From: Coniocarpon cinnabarinum
Lineage: Eukaryota
Direction of reading: 5' to 3'
Assembly (NCBI GenBank): GCA_051942205.1
Contig: JAVECO010000102.1
Coordinates: 1 to 64,000, forward strand
Length of the DNA stretch: 64,000 bases
Shown: in pieces, positions 36,683-48,170 of the stretch
Numbering within the stretch: the first letter of the stretch is position 1
Layout: each line of letters opens with the position of its first letter
Made by a program: the position numbers and the translations under genes
Notes under the pieces: generated by a model
Databases searched by the model: none
What the model was told of the DNA's origin: nothing
What the model saw: only the letters and a program-made list of their open reading frames with translations

Positions 36683-38452
36683 ATGGCTGACGATGGGTGC
36701 GCCGATGTGGAGCAAATAAACGTCCATACCGCCCCTCAGGAGCCGCCATACCATTACGATCGCGATCGAGGGTATGAAGATTGGACTCTTCGAAGTCTTG
36801 ACCCTAATGGAACTGGGCAAAACAGTGATCAAGACACACTCAACGCCAATATTGTGGGTGAGCAGGCCAAAGAAGCCCATGGCGCAGAAAATATCCTTGA
36901 ATTTGAGGACGAGGACGACGATGAAATTTTCGACGATGAAATTATTTCATCCAATCTCAGTGATTACACCAAGACATATAACCGGCAACGGCGGTTCAAT
37001 GATCCAGACACCGATGCGTCCCAACTTCCACGCACTAATCCACAGCGAAGGCCCAAAGCCAATGTTGCTGCTCTAATAGATGACCAGATTAGTTCGCTGT
37101 CACGACACGCCGGGAAACTGCAGCTTGATGAAGAAAGCGCCCGCCTCAAGTCGGGAAGCAGTGGTCAAGGACATGAACGTAGTGATCGCGCAACTAATGA
37201 GCAAGTGCTAGACCCGCGTACTAGAATGATTCTCCTGCAGATGATTAATCGTGGGATCGTTTCTGAAATCTATGGTTGCATCTCCACCGGCAAGGAGGCC
37301 AACGTCTATCACGCTATCCTTGACCAACCTGATTATGCAGATCAAATACAACACTTTGCTGTAAAGATATACAAAACAGCAATTTTGCACTTCAAAGACC
37401 GTTCAAAGTATGTCAGCGGTGAGTTTCGCTTTCAGAAAGGCTTTCCGAAGAGGAGTAATAGGGGGATGGTTCGCCTGTGGGCCGAGAAGGAATTTCGGAA
37501 CTTGAAGCGAATGCACACTGCAGGCTTGCCTGTTCCTGAGCCCATATACCTCAGAAGTCATGTACTTGTGATGAGGTTCGTGGGCAGTACGAGCACACAC
37601 AGAAGTGTGAGAGCGGCACCTTTGTTACGAGATGTTGAGTTTGAGAATATGTCTAGTGAGCAGCAGGTGGAGCAATGGCAGCAAATATATCGACACATGC
37701 TTTGCTGCATGCGTAAGCTCTATCAAGAATGTAAGCTGGTGCACGCTGATCTCAGTGAATACAATACGCTTTACGACATTGGTAAATCGAAGCTGGTGAT
37801 CATCGACGTTTCTCAAAGTGTAGAACACGATCATCCTAGGAGCTTGGAATTCCTGCGTATGGACATCAAAAACGTGTCGGGTTTCTTTGCTCGAAAGGGT
37901 GTAGACGCGCTCACGGAACCTTCGGTATACGACTTTGTCACCAGAGATCACCTACCAAACGATACAGATTCTATGGACAAAGCTTTGCATCACCTACAAA
38001 GTCATCCTGTTGCCCCTGCGACGAACGAAGAGGTCTTTAGAAATCAATACATTCCGCAAACTCTTAATCAGGTGCTTGATCATGAGTATGCTCAGTCGCA
38101 TCTGGACAATCTCAACGGCACGGCTTCAGGCCATGAACACTTATTGGCGAAGGCAACAGAGAGTTTAACGGAGACAATAGCCGATGATGTTGATACCGAC
38201 GATTCGGATAAACCGTCTGATGAGGCCGAAGACGAATACGACTCGGGGTCTTCAGACAATGCTGTGGAAAGTAGTAGTGGCTACAAGCCTCGAGAGAACA
38301 AGCCACGTGGCAAGAGATTTGAGGACAAGAGTGCAAGAAAGGAGCACAAATCGGCTGTCAAAGAAGAGAAACGTGAGCGTCGAAAAATGAAGATGCCTAA
38401 GCAAATGAAGAAGAAGTTGGTGAATAGTAAGAGCAGGGGTCACAAAAAGTAA
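36683..38452 (+). CDS. RIO1: Atypical serine/threonine kinase Rio1
   Basis: DRATNEQVLDPRT, STGKEANVYHA (Rio1 signature), VKIYKT, WAEKE, LVHADLSEYN, IDVSQSVEHDHP, basic C-terminus. Confidence 0.95.
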   Translation: MADDGCADVEQINVHTAPQEPPYHYDRDRGYEDWTLRSLDPNGTGQNSDQDTLNANIVGEQAKEAHGAENILEFEDEDDDEIFDDEIISSNLSDYTKTYNRQRRFNDPDTDASQLPRTNPQRRPKANVAALIDDQISSLSRHAGKLQLDEESARLKSGSSGQGHERSDRATNEQVLDPRTRMILLQMINRGIVSEIYGCISTGKEANVYHAILDQPDYADQIQHFAVKIYKTAILHFKDRSKYVSGEFRFQKGFPKRSNRGMVRLWAEKEFRNLKRMHTAGLPVPEPIYLRSHVLVMRFVGSTSTHRSVRAAPLLRDVEFENMSSEQQVEQWQQIYRHMLCCMRKLYQECKLVHADLSEYNTLYDIGKSKLVIIDVSQSVEHDHPRSLEFLRMDIKNVSGFFARKGVDALTEPSVYDFVTRDHLPNDTDSMDKALHHLQSHPVAPATNEEVFRNQYIPQTLNQVLDHEYAQSHLDNLNGTASGHEHLLAKATESLTETIADDVDTDDSDKPSDEAEDEYDSGSSDNAVESSSGYKPRENKPRGKRFEDKSARKEHKSAVKEEKRERRKMKMPKQMKKKLVNSKSRGHKK

Positions 38453-39575
38453 TGTTCTGAACAGGCAGTGGCGAGATATTATGGTCACGTGACTCGTGAG
38501 AAAATTGAAGACAAAACGCATGTCTGCGCGAAGAGCCCTTGGCATGTTGTTTTTATGAGCCGTGGAGCTGCATGCGACTGATGGCAGCACTATGAGCCAC
38601 GATAAGCATCGAAGTGCGCTGTTGTGAGCTTTGTCGTTTACAATGCTTGCCTCTGCTCATCCTTTCTCTGTCAATCGAGTGTAAGACTCGAGACTAAGCG
38701 ATCTTTAGAGCTCGCCCAGCCTTCGGTCATGCCAACGATATTCTCTCCGTAAAGCGTCTTCAGACATATGTCGAATCAGCCAAACGGTTTGCATTCCATC
38801 TCTTCAAAGCTGCAGGGAACTGACAGTGGTCGATGGGTTGTGGGCAGGAAGCGACGCTCTGTCTCAAAGCGCATCCAGCTGCAGCTAGTCCGTTGAACCC
38901 TTCAGACCAGCGCGGCGATGCCATACTACGGCAACTGCTAAACTGTCGGTGCTCTCGGAGGTCGAGGAAATCTAGTAATGCCAATAAGTGATATACAGCA
39001 ATAAGAGACGTTGACATAGCTTCGGCTTGGCCTTCCGGTACTATCAATGGCTCGGACATCCACAGCGGCTCTTAAACAGGTAGAGAAGGGTATCAGAGAT
39101 GCTATCTCGGCATTTAGAAGCCAACGGGCGAGAACAGGGCCGAGCTGCAGGGAGCTCGTGCCAGCTCGTCTAGAGCGCACCACCCTTGTATATTCCATTG
39201 TACCTCTCCTTTAGATGTATAGATCAGCAAGTATTTTCGACCAGTCGAACATGGACTTGCGACAAGGTCATAGTCCAATGGGCAAAGCAATGGTGTCACC
39301 ATGATGGCTTTGATATCCACTCGGACTGCGCGGAACGCGTCTATCGTGGTCTCAACCCTTCTCGACAGGTCATGTATACACCCCCGTAGACAAAATCCAA
39401 TCAAGTCCTTAGCTAGCTGGGAAATCAGTATGAAATCTTCATGGAACAGAGACGCCGACGCCGGCATCATAAGAATACTTAAGTCTCTTGTGTCCTTCTC
39501 TCCCAACTCACTACATCAGCTCGATTCTCCAACAGCATAAAAGACTCCATTACACATCAGAACTAATAACAAATC

Positions 39576-40922
39576 ATGGCCGCCAACAAGATGCCAGAAG
39601 CTCACGTCTCCAATAACACAACCGTGACCGTTGAGCAGGTCCCCATCCCTGAACCTACCGAACCACACTCCATTGTCGTCCATGTTCATGTTTGTGGGAT
39701 CAATCCAAAGGACTGGAAGATGCCTGCTGGTATCCTCACCTCGATCTCTGACTGCCCGAACTCAGGCGATGACATCGCTGGTATCGTGCACTCAGTGCAT
39801 CCCACAGTCAAGAACTTCAAGCCTGGTGACCGTGTCGCCGCTCGTACGTCTTCCCCTTCTTAGCCCTTAGGACGACTCTACATTCTTTACCACGCGCTTT
39901 GCTATGAGATAAGTCAACAATAACGACGGAACAGTCCACCAGCTAGGCGCGCCTCACGGCGCCTTCGCAACCCACGCTCTCGTCCACGACTTCTCAACCT
40001 TCCACATCCCCTCCAGTCTCTCCTTCGAGTCCGCCTCTGCTTTGCCCATGTGAGCCACATCCACTTATTCTTACCGACGTCTTCCACGACAAGCACTCAT
40101 AAGTCCAGGGCCCTCTTCATGGCAGGCATGGCCCTCTTCGCCCAACTGCGCGCAGCACCTGGCCCTTTTCTCCCACTGCCAGATCCACACTCCTCAACCA
40201 CTGAGCAAACCGTTTCCAACGATTCAGCTTCGCCGGTTCTCATCTATGGCGCTTCTACCAATGTGGGGACGGCGACGGTACGCCTTGCCCAAGCTTCGAA
40301 CATCCATCCACTCATCTGCGTCGCTGGTTCCGGCATCGCGAAAGTGCAACCGCTCCTCAATGCTGGAAAAGGCGACATCGTGCTAGACCACCGCGTCGGG
40401 TGGGACGAGCTAGTAAAGCAAATCTGCGCTGCGGTTCCCTCCAATGCAAAATTGACCAAGGCATTCGATGTCGTATCTGAGGATGAATCCTGTAAGTGTT
40501 GCTCCAACTTTCTCAAAATACCTACATCAATTCAAAAGTCAAACGCAGCTAACAGCATAGGGATGGCATGCGCCTCCGCGCTCGACAAACCAAGTCATTT
40601 ACTGATCACCCTCCCACCTGCCAACAAAGAAATCCCAACATCAATTCGCCAAACAGCCGTCATGGCAGGGAGTTTGTGGCAAGAGTTGAAATCAACAAGT
40701 GGTCAAGATATTGGAGATTTAGGGTTGAAAGACGGCGAGGGCAAGAGATGGGGCAGTGTATTTGCCAGAGATGTAGAGGGATTACTCGAGAGGGGCGAAT
40801 TGGGCGCGCCGGAGGTGGAGGTCGTGGAGGGTGGATTGAAAGATGGGGTCGAGAGTGCGCTGAGGCGCTTGAGACGGGAGAAGGAGGGGAAGCGGTTTGC
40901 GGTCAGAGTGATAGAAGAGTAG
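39576..40922 (+). CDS. MDR-family NAD(P)-dependent oxidoreductase (enoyl-reductase/ToxD-like)
   Basis: GINPKDWK, NSGDDIAGIV, FKPGDRVAA, HGAFA, LSFESASALP, LIYGASTNVG, NIHPLICVAG. Three introns. Confidence 0.85.
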
Positions 40923-41510
40923 AGTTCTTACGAGAGGGGGTGGGGGTGCACTTGACGAGATTGGAGAAGTTTCTTGCCGTTGAAGTGCTGTAGTGCAATT
41001 GCTATTGTTGTTTTTAGCACAGTCCGAGTTTTCGAGACGTATTCATGTCGATAAGAGCTCTTTGCTGAAAATGCCAAGTGCCATACATGTGTGGGCTTTT
41101 GATGTGCGATGACTTAGCTGCTTTCATGATATTAATGGCGTGGCATTTCGGTCAACAGTGATCATCCCAAGTACCTTGTCTAGCTGGGAAAGCAAAGAGT
41201 TTCTGAACCCTGCCTGCTAACAGGATTGAAGGCTGAATGTGAATGCAAAGTTGCACGGAGCTGAAGCCAAGTGTCCGTACACAAAATAAACCAAAGGCTT
41301 ATTGAAACATGAGGAGTCAGACAATGTGGAACGTAATGTGATTCAGACAAGTGAGAAAGCGTGACAAGACAATCGACGCCCCCTCGATGCTAAAGGAGAT
41401 TATGGCAGCTTACCCAGGCCAACATCTTTACTCGGCCTCTCTCTGTGATTCGCAACCCTCACCTCCAATAATTGTGGAGGGACAAGCAGCTCAGTCGCGT
41501 GTGCGTGAAC

Positions 41511-43496
41511 TTAGGCACCAGGGGGAGGAGGTGGCGGAGGTGGCTCGTCACCAGGCGGCGGGGGAGGAGGCGGCGCATCCATGCCTCCTGGCGCGGCCTG
41601 TTGCCATGGAGCCATATTAGACATCTGTTGTTGCTGCTGATAGCCGCCGTATCCTCCGTACTGTTGTTGACCATAGCCATAACCACCAGATTGATCGTTG
41701 TAGCCGCCACCGTAGTTGTTATATCCGCCGTAGTCTTGGCGCTGGTGATGTTGTTGCTTCCAAGGAGCGCCGCCTCCGCCGCCTCCACCGCCATACCCAC
41801 CTTGGTCATAGCCACCACCGTGATTGTCACGATGACCACGGCCTCCACCGCTAGCCCAAGGACGTGGATTGTAGCCACCGCCATCGCGGTCGTCACGGCC
41901 ACCATCTCCTCGGCCGCCGCCTCCTGACTTCCACGGCGCAGGAGCGCCAGTCGGGCCACGCTCCCAGGGCTTCTGAGGTCGACCGCCATTGTAGCCATCC
42001 GCTCCGCCATCTTGACCTCCAGCGCCGGCTTCGATCTTCAATGGCGCTTCACCTCCACCCTGGATCTCTTGCATCATGCGTTCATACTCGTCATTCTCCG
42101 GATTCTGGATGCGTGGACGGTCAGGGAAGTCCGCCCGGCCCCATCCTGCGCCGCGTTGACGCTCAGAGCAGTCGCGCGCCATATGGCCAGCATGGCCACA
42201 GACGCGACAAATGATGTTTGCAGTGAAGTTGCGAGCGTGTGGACAGTCGTACTTGCGATGACCGATTTCACCACAATTCTGACAGGCTTGGTTTTCATCA
42301 TCACGGAGGGTACCGTTGAGGGCGGCAAGTTCTCGGAGTTGATTGCGTTTGAGTTCGTTCTGGCCTTCTGGAATTGAGGCTGCCTGTAAATGGATGTGAG
42401 TATTTGCATTCAGTATTTGAGGGGATGATGCGCTTGCTTACCGTCTCAATAACGTTATGAATGGCAATCTTTGCACGCTCAATTTTGTCCTCGGTATCTG
42501 CCATGATCAGACAATGAAGATCTTCCTCCTGGTTGCTGGTGTGAGCTGCGTCAGACCGGCCTTTGCCTTCTTTGACTGATCCTTTGCCTCGAATGGCGAT
42601 CTTAGCTTGAGACTCAGTCTCCATCTTTTTGAGAGTATTGCCTCGTGGTCCAATAAGTAAGCCAACTGTTAGCCGCAAAACGCCCTAGTGGTTAGTTGAT
42701 GTTTCAGAAAAGTTTGTGAGTGGAGTGACTTGAACTTGAAGAAAAATGAATGAATGGATGTGAAGTGCATCTCATTGCATCTACGGAAGCAACGGATACA
42801 GTACAAGATGGGGACAATGAGGGCAATGAAGGGGTTAGTAGATGATTGGGGGGTTAGTATCTCACTGAAGTTAATTTCTGGATAGTCGTTAACAGGCACA
42901 TAGACCTTTTCCTGCGTCTTGGTTGGACGTCTGTAGTCTGAGGGTGGGTGATAATCAGGGATTGTTTTCAGAGCACGTTCCACCAGCTTGTGACGCTCGT
43001 CTTCGAGACGTTTGCGATATCGATATTCACGAGTGTTGACACGCTTGCCAAAGTTATCATATTGGGGAGGTGGGGAGGGAGATCTGAAAAATATTAGACA
43101 CAATGACTGGCTTTGAATAAGTCTTTTAACTTACCGATCACCATCGGCTGGCACGACATCATTGATGCGCAGCTTCTGGCTGATCTCCTCAATGCGCAGG
43201 TGCAATGTGTACGCATCAAGTTGCTCCGTTGTCATGTTGGCATGGATAGCTGTGGGCAGGCCCATCAGGCCAGCCGCCTTGTTGTCAGACACTGCACCCC
43301 AGCGATTTCTTTTCTTCCGTCGACGAGCACTATCAATGGCCGCGTTGATATCATTGTCAATGGATCGCTCAGGACTGCGACCACGCTTCAGTCCATCACC
43401 GTTTGGCATATCTGCATCACGATTGAGTCGGTTGCGGGTGCCCAAGGGCTCCATGTTGGAGCCCGTCATGCCCTGAGGATTGCGTTGCCACACCAT
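41511..43496 (-). CDS. MSL5: Branchpoint-binding protein BBP/SF1
   Basis: [24 protein letters not shown]2 ([30 protein letters not shown]), two CCHC knuckles, Pro-rich C-terminus. Introns at about 43085-43134, 42666-42865 and about 42385-42441. Confidence 0.95.
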
Positions 43497-45452
43497 GTTG
43501 GCGATGACACCTGTAAGAAAGGATATGTGACAAGTATACTCGAAGAGCTGTCAGGCAAAAAGGCCAGTGCAGCCCTTACACGGTTGTCGATTGATGCGCG
43601 AGAATGTGTTCCGGCGGACCTCGCAGCAGGAGACTGGAATCGATGAACCTGATGCAAAAGACTGGGAGGTTTCTGGATCACGTGCGTGGCGCAACTATGG
43701 ACTTCGTGGCACCGCACTACGCAGCGACTGAAGCGCACACTATGAATAGGACTGGATGACAATGTCCACCAGTCTGTGAGGGTGAAACCTTGACACGCAT
43801 TGATTTGCGAAGCCTGCATCCAGGTTGCAGATGTTCTTTATTTTTCGTTCTCTAGACTTCACATGTTGAGGTCTGCATTTGCTTTATACTTGCTGACCAC
43901 TGCACATCTGTGCACACTTATCTCGAGCAAGCCTCCCCTCTGGCATTCGCTTAAGCTGAACGAGAAGTAATTTCACTGCTATCGACCAGTGTTAGCTTTA
44001 CAGTCAACCTTGTATTAAACAGTAGACGTCTGTCTATTTTTGCAATTGCTTCATCAGGGCTCTCTTTGATCATCACCGCTCTCACACCAACAAAGTAGTG
44101 TGCTAGCTTCTGGCGAGCTTAGTGGGACACTGTCCTGAGAAAGCCACTGCGCGCCCAATCGTGTCAACCGGAACCAGCAGCAGTAGCGCACTCGAGGCTC
44201 GCCGGGTTTTCATCAACTCGAGACGAAAGAGGTAGGCAAAGGAGTTCTTGACTCACCTTTGGCTTGAATGCTAGAACAAAACGGTCAATGGAATATCAAC
44301 TTCATCCGAAATTTTGCTTCTCTTCTTACTGTGAATACGGTACGTTCCGCGCGAGAACTTGATATCTCAAAATCAGTTGCGACAAAATCGTTAGTATGGG
44401 AAGCCCGTCAGTGCTGTTACTGTGACTAAGTGAATAAACATCGATCAAAGATGGCTTGCACAATTGCCACGCGTGACTTTGCAGGATATGACCGCTGTGG
44501 GGCGCAGGCAGCGTATTGGTAAGGGTGAGACGTTGTGCAAGTGCCCGACCCGCCGCGAACCCCTGCTCCTGAATGACCCGACCGAACGCTCTGACTTGTC
44601 CGTAAATACCCTGTCCTGGGTGTGATCATTGGTGGTTGATGCTAGAAACGTGAAGCAGCAATGTAATTTTGCTTCTGCCTACGAGTACGGGGACCCACAC
44701 ATTGAATCAAGCTAGTCTACGTGGTCATGAGTCGTACGAGGTGTTGGCTTCGTCGCAAAACAAGTAGTGTTTAACGCCAACATGCGCCAGAATGTAAGGG
44801 AAGTCCGTAATATATAGAGTCTATACTCTGGAGCGTCAGTATAAACAACCCCAGGCTATTCAGGATCATAGACAGCAGTGCATTCGTGTCCTGGATTTGG
44901 CAATAATTGTTCGAAGCCAGACAATGGTGGAAGCCATTTGAAGAGATGCAGGAGCGTTCACACGGTCTTGTTCCCTCGACGATGAGTCAACAAGCCTTGT
45001 TGAGAAAGTGAGCGCGGTGGGAACGGATGGAGCTGAAGGAGTGAGGATGACTCTGAGAGGGGAGACAGAAGCTGGTAACTGCGTAGTCTTGATCCAATTT
45101 GAGTAAGGGGTGGGGGCGGTTGACGTTTCGTGTTCGCATTGCTTTTTCCAACGGAAGAGTGACGACTCTCGTGCCGCCGAAACCCTGCCACGCTGCACGC
45201 TTGAGCACCTCCTGTCTAGCTCTCATGACTTTACCTGCCTAGTGGCACGTCAGTGCACTTTTGTCTGGTCATTGATCCTGCGGTCGATCATTCGCTAGGC
45301 TTCAGCATTCTCCCCGTTCTCCTCTTCGATGCTTCTCGAGTCCTCACTTCTGCTCGCTGCTTATTTGTAGACGCGGTTCCTGACTGCAGCACCTCCATCC
45401 TCCCTCCTACGGTCCCCAACCCCTTCGGGAAAACCGATGCCTATATCTCCGA

Positions 45453-48170
45453 ATGGAGCAGTCATTCACAGCTCCGCCACTGCCTTCCCAGGGACCCTTC
45501 AGCCAGGCCATTCAGAACCCTCCACATACCTTCGGCAATCTGGGCAGCGATGGTTCGTTGCTCACCCCAAATTTGAATTTTGACTTCTTTTCCGACAACG
45601 GTTTTGGTTTCGATATCGGGCAAGACGACCATGGTGACAACAAGAGACGGCGGATTGCCAAAGCTTGTGATGCCTGTCGTCGTAAAAAAATTAAGTGTGA
45701 CGGTCAGCAGCCCAAATGTGGGCACTGTCAAAATTACAAGACCGATTGCGTCTTTACGCACGTCGAGAAAAAGCGCAGTCCGCCCAAAAGTGCAAAGTAC
45801 ATCGAGGGTTTGGAGAACAGACTGGGCCGGATGGAGAACCTGCTGAAGATGACTGGTCTACTTGACGAGGAAGACATTCGGGAAGCCGATCTCAAAGCTT
45901 TGGAAGCAAAACTAAGCCAGCGGACTGTGTCGCCAAATCCTTCAGACAAATCACCGCGCTCTACAAGTGCCTCTAACCCCACAACGAAGCCCACAGACAC
46001 GACACTCTTCGGCACAAACCCCATGCCGTCCCCAGAAAGCAGCCAATCCCCGTTCGATGCGAAATCCGAGCCAAAAGACGGGATCATCCCTGACCCCAAT
46101 CAGGAAAAGGTCAATGACAAGGACGTGGAACATCTCTCAGATATGATGTGTAGTCTCGTCACCAATAACTGTGGAGACTCAAAATACATAGGATCGTCGT
46201 CTGGTCTATCCATCCTCTCTCCAAAGGGGATCCAGTGGGTTAACGAGAAGACCGGCGACGACTCCTTCCAGCGAATGATATCATATGCCGCTGTCAACAG
46301 CAACCATTGGACTCATTGGCGACCCGATGTTTTTGGCGACATATTTTCAAAACGCGGCCCCACACCCTTACCGCCTCGACACGAGGTTGACTCTCTTATA
46401 CACGACTTCTTCGACAGCTTCAATATCACATTTCCATTATACCATGAGCCAACTTTTTGGTGGTTGTTAGACCGTCAGTACTCCGCTGACCCGTACGAAG
46501 GCTCTGGCTGGTGGGCGAGCTTGAATGTCGCTCTTGCCATTGCTTATCGTATTCGAGTCATAAAGAATCTGAGTCTCGGGGACGACGATGCCAAAGCGTG
46601 GACGCATTTTCGAAATTGTCTCGCTGTGCACTCGGAGCTCACTCTTCGAAACTCGGATCTCTTGAGTGTTCAGGCCATGATTGCTATGTCTATGTTCATG
46701 CAGGGAACACCAAACCCACAGCCAGGGTTTTCTCTGATTGGCGCTGCTATTCGGCTGATGCACACCATGGGTTTACACAAAAAGTCTTCAGGATTTGGAC
46801 TCAACCGTACCGAATCAGAGCAACGCAAGCGCGTCTTCTGGATCGGCTATTTGCTGGACAAAGAGATGTCTATCCGCTCCGGTCGGCCGCCCATGCAAGA
46901 TGACAACGATTGGAATGTGGAGCTCCCTGACGAAGAACCTGAAGATGGTATTGGAGTGGTTGCTACGGACAGTGGGGACAAAGTTAACCTATTCCGCAAA
47001 ATGTGCGAGTTTGCTTTGATTTCATCTCGTGTCTATCAGAGACTTTACTCAGTTCGTGCTCAAAAGCAGTCAGATGGTGAGCTGCTTAACACGATTGGTG
47101 AGCTGGACCAGGAGCTCGAGGCTTGGAAGGACTCGTTTCCGTTAGATTTTCGACCAGAACATGAGCCGACTTCTCGAGATCAGGCACTTATGCTTCAAGT
47201 TGTCACAGTGCATTTCGGCTACTACAATTGCCTCAACACCATTCATCGCATGTCAGTGCACCATGGATACTGGACAGACCGTCTTTCAAACTTCGCCATA
47301 CATGGACGTAACATAAAGCCGCTCAACCCGAGGGTTTACATGTCTGCGGCTCTAGTTGTCCAAGCAGCTAGAGCATCTATCAATCTCATCAAGTTCATTC
47401 CTCAAGGCGATTACGCTTGTGTATGGCTCGTTCTCTACTACCCAGTCTCCGCGCTTGTTACGTTATTTGCAAATATTCTTCAAAACCCCCAAGATCCTCG
47501 AGCACGGGCCGATCTTAAGCTGATGAGCGTCGTGGTCAATTTTCTGTCTCGAATATGCATGGAGGAAGGGACACAAAGCATGAAGTTGACGTACACGATT
47601 ACCAAGGAGTTCGAGCGCCTTGCGAATGTGGCTCTCAACAAAGCCGAACAAGAGATGACCTCGCGTCAAAAGCGCAAACAGGTGCAAGAAAGCAGCAAAG
47701 TCGTCGACGATACCCAAAGTCGGCAGCCAGACGCGCTGAGAAGCGAGCGGAAGCGACCAATAGCCGGCGAGAGTGCTATTGGCATGGCTGGCTCGGAAAA
47801 AGCGACGGATTCGTCCACTCCTGCTAGCATTGGTGGCTTTATGTCGTCTGTGTCTGGCGAGGCAGGTCTACCAGCGAATGGTAGCCTTGGCAATCCAAGC
47901 GATCCTGCGTTCTCAGACGCAGACAGTGGCACGTTTGCGGACAGTCAGCACCAAAATGACAGACAAGGCAACCCTCTCGCTGAAAATGCGCCTTATGGGA
48001 TTGATCCTACACTGCTACCAGACGGAAACAGCTCCTTCCAGCAGCCATTCGTGCCCCAGGATTTCTGGTCCATGCCTATGACGTTCGAATGGGACTGGTC
48101 AACTCTAGGGCAACCGGAAAATTTCAACGATCATCAAAGTGGTGGGGGGTTTGGTGATGGTGGTGTGTGA
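45453..48170 (+). CDS. atrR: Zn(II)2Cys6 transcription factor with fungal-specific TF domain, AtrR-like
   Basis: KRRRIAKACDACRRKKIKCDGQQPKCGHCQNYKTDCVFTHVEKKR..PKSAKYIEGLENRLGRME closely matches my recollection of Aspergillus AtrR. Also EQRKRVFW...GRPP and C-terminal PMTFEWDW. The gene symbol is from recognition, not a search. Confidence 0.8.
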   Translation: MEQSFTAPPLPSQGPFSQAIQNPPHTFGNLGSDGSLLTPNLNFDFFSDNGFGFDIGQDDHGDNKRRRIAKACDACRRKKIKCDGQQPKCGHCQNYKTDCVFTHVEKKRSPPKSAKYIEGLENRLGRMENLLKMTGLLDEEDIREADLKALEAKLSQRTVSPNPSDKSPRSTSASNPTTKPTDTTLFGTNPMPSPESSQSPFDAKSEPKDGIIPDPNQEKVNDKDVEHLSDMMCSLVTNNCGDSKYIGSSSGLSILSPKGIQWVNEKTGDDSFQRMISYAAVNSNHWTHWRPDVFGDIFSKRGPTPLPPRHEVDSLIHDFFDSFNITFPLYHEPTFWWLLDRQYSADPYEGSGWWASLNVALAIAYRIRVIKNLSLGDDDAKAWTHFRNCLAVHSELTLRNSDLLSVQAMIAMSMFMQGTPNPQPGFSLIGAAIRLMHTMGLHKKSSGFGLNRTESEQRKRVFWIGYLLDKEMSIRSGRPPMQDDNDWNVELPDEEPEDGIGVVATDSGDKVNLFRKMCEFALISSRVYQRLYSVRAQKQSDGELLNTIGELDQELEAWKDSFPLDFRPEHEPTSRDQALMLQVVTVHFGYYNCLNTIHRMSVHHGYWTDRLSNFAIHGRNIKPLNPRVYMSAALVVQAARASINLIKFIPQGDYACVWLVLYYPVSALVTLFANILQNPQDPRARADLKLMSVVVNFLSRICMEEGTQSMKLTYTITKEFERLANVALNKAEQEMTSRQKRKQVQESSKVVDDTQSRQPDALRSERKRPIAGESAIGMAGSEKATDSSTPASIGGFMSSVSGEAGLPANGSLGNPSDPAFSDADSGTFADSQHQNDRQGNPLAENAPYGIDPTLLPDGNSSFQQPFVPQDFWSMPMTFEWDWSTLGQPENFNDHQSGGGFGDGGV

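Noticed and set aside
38760..39540. ORFs between RIO1 and the oxidoreductase
   Set aside because: No family similarity; overlapping short ORFs on both strands look random.
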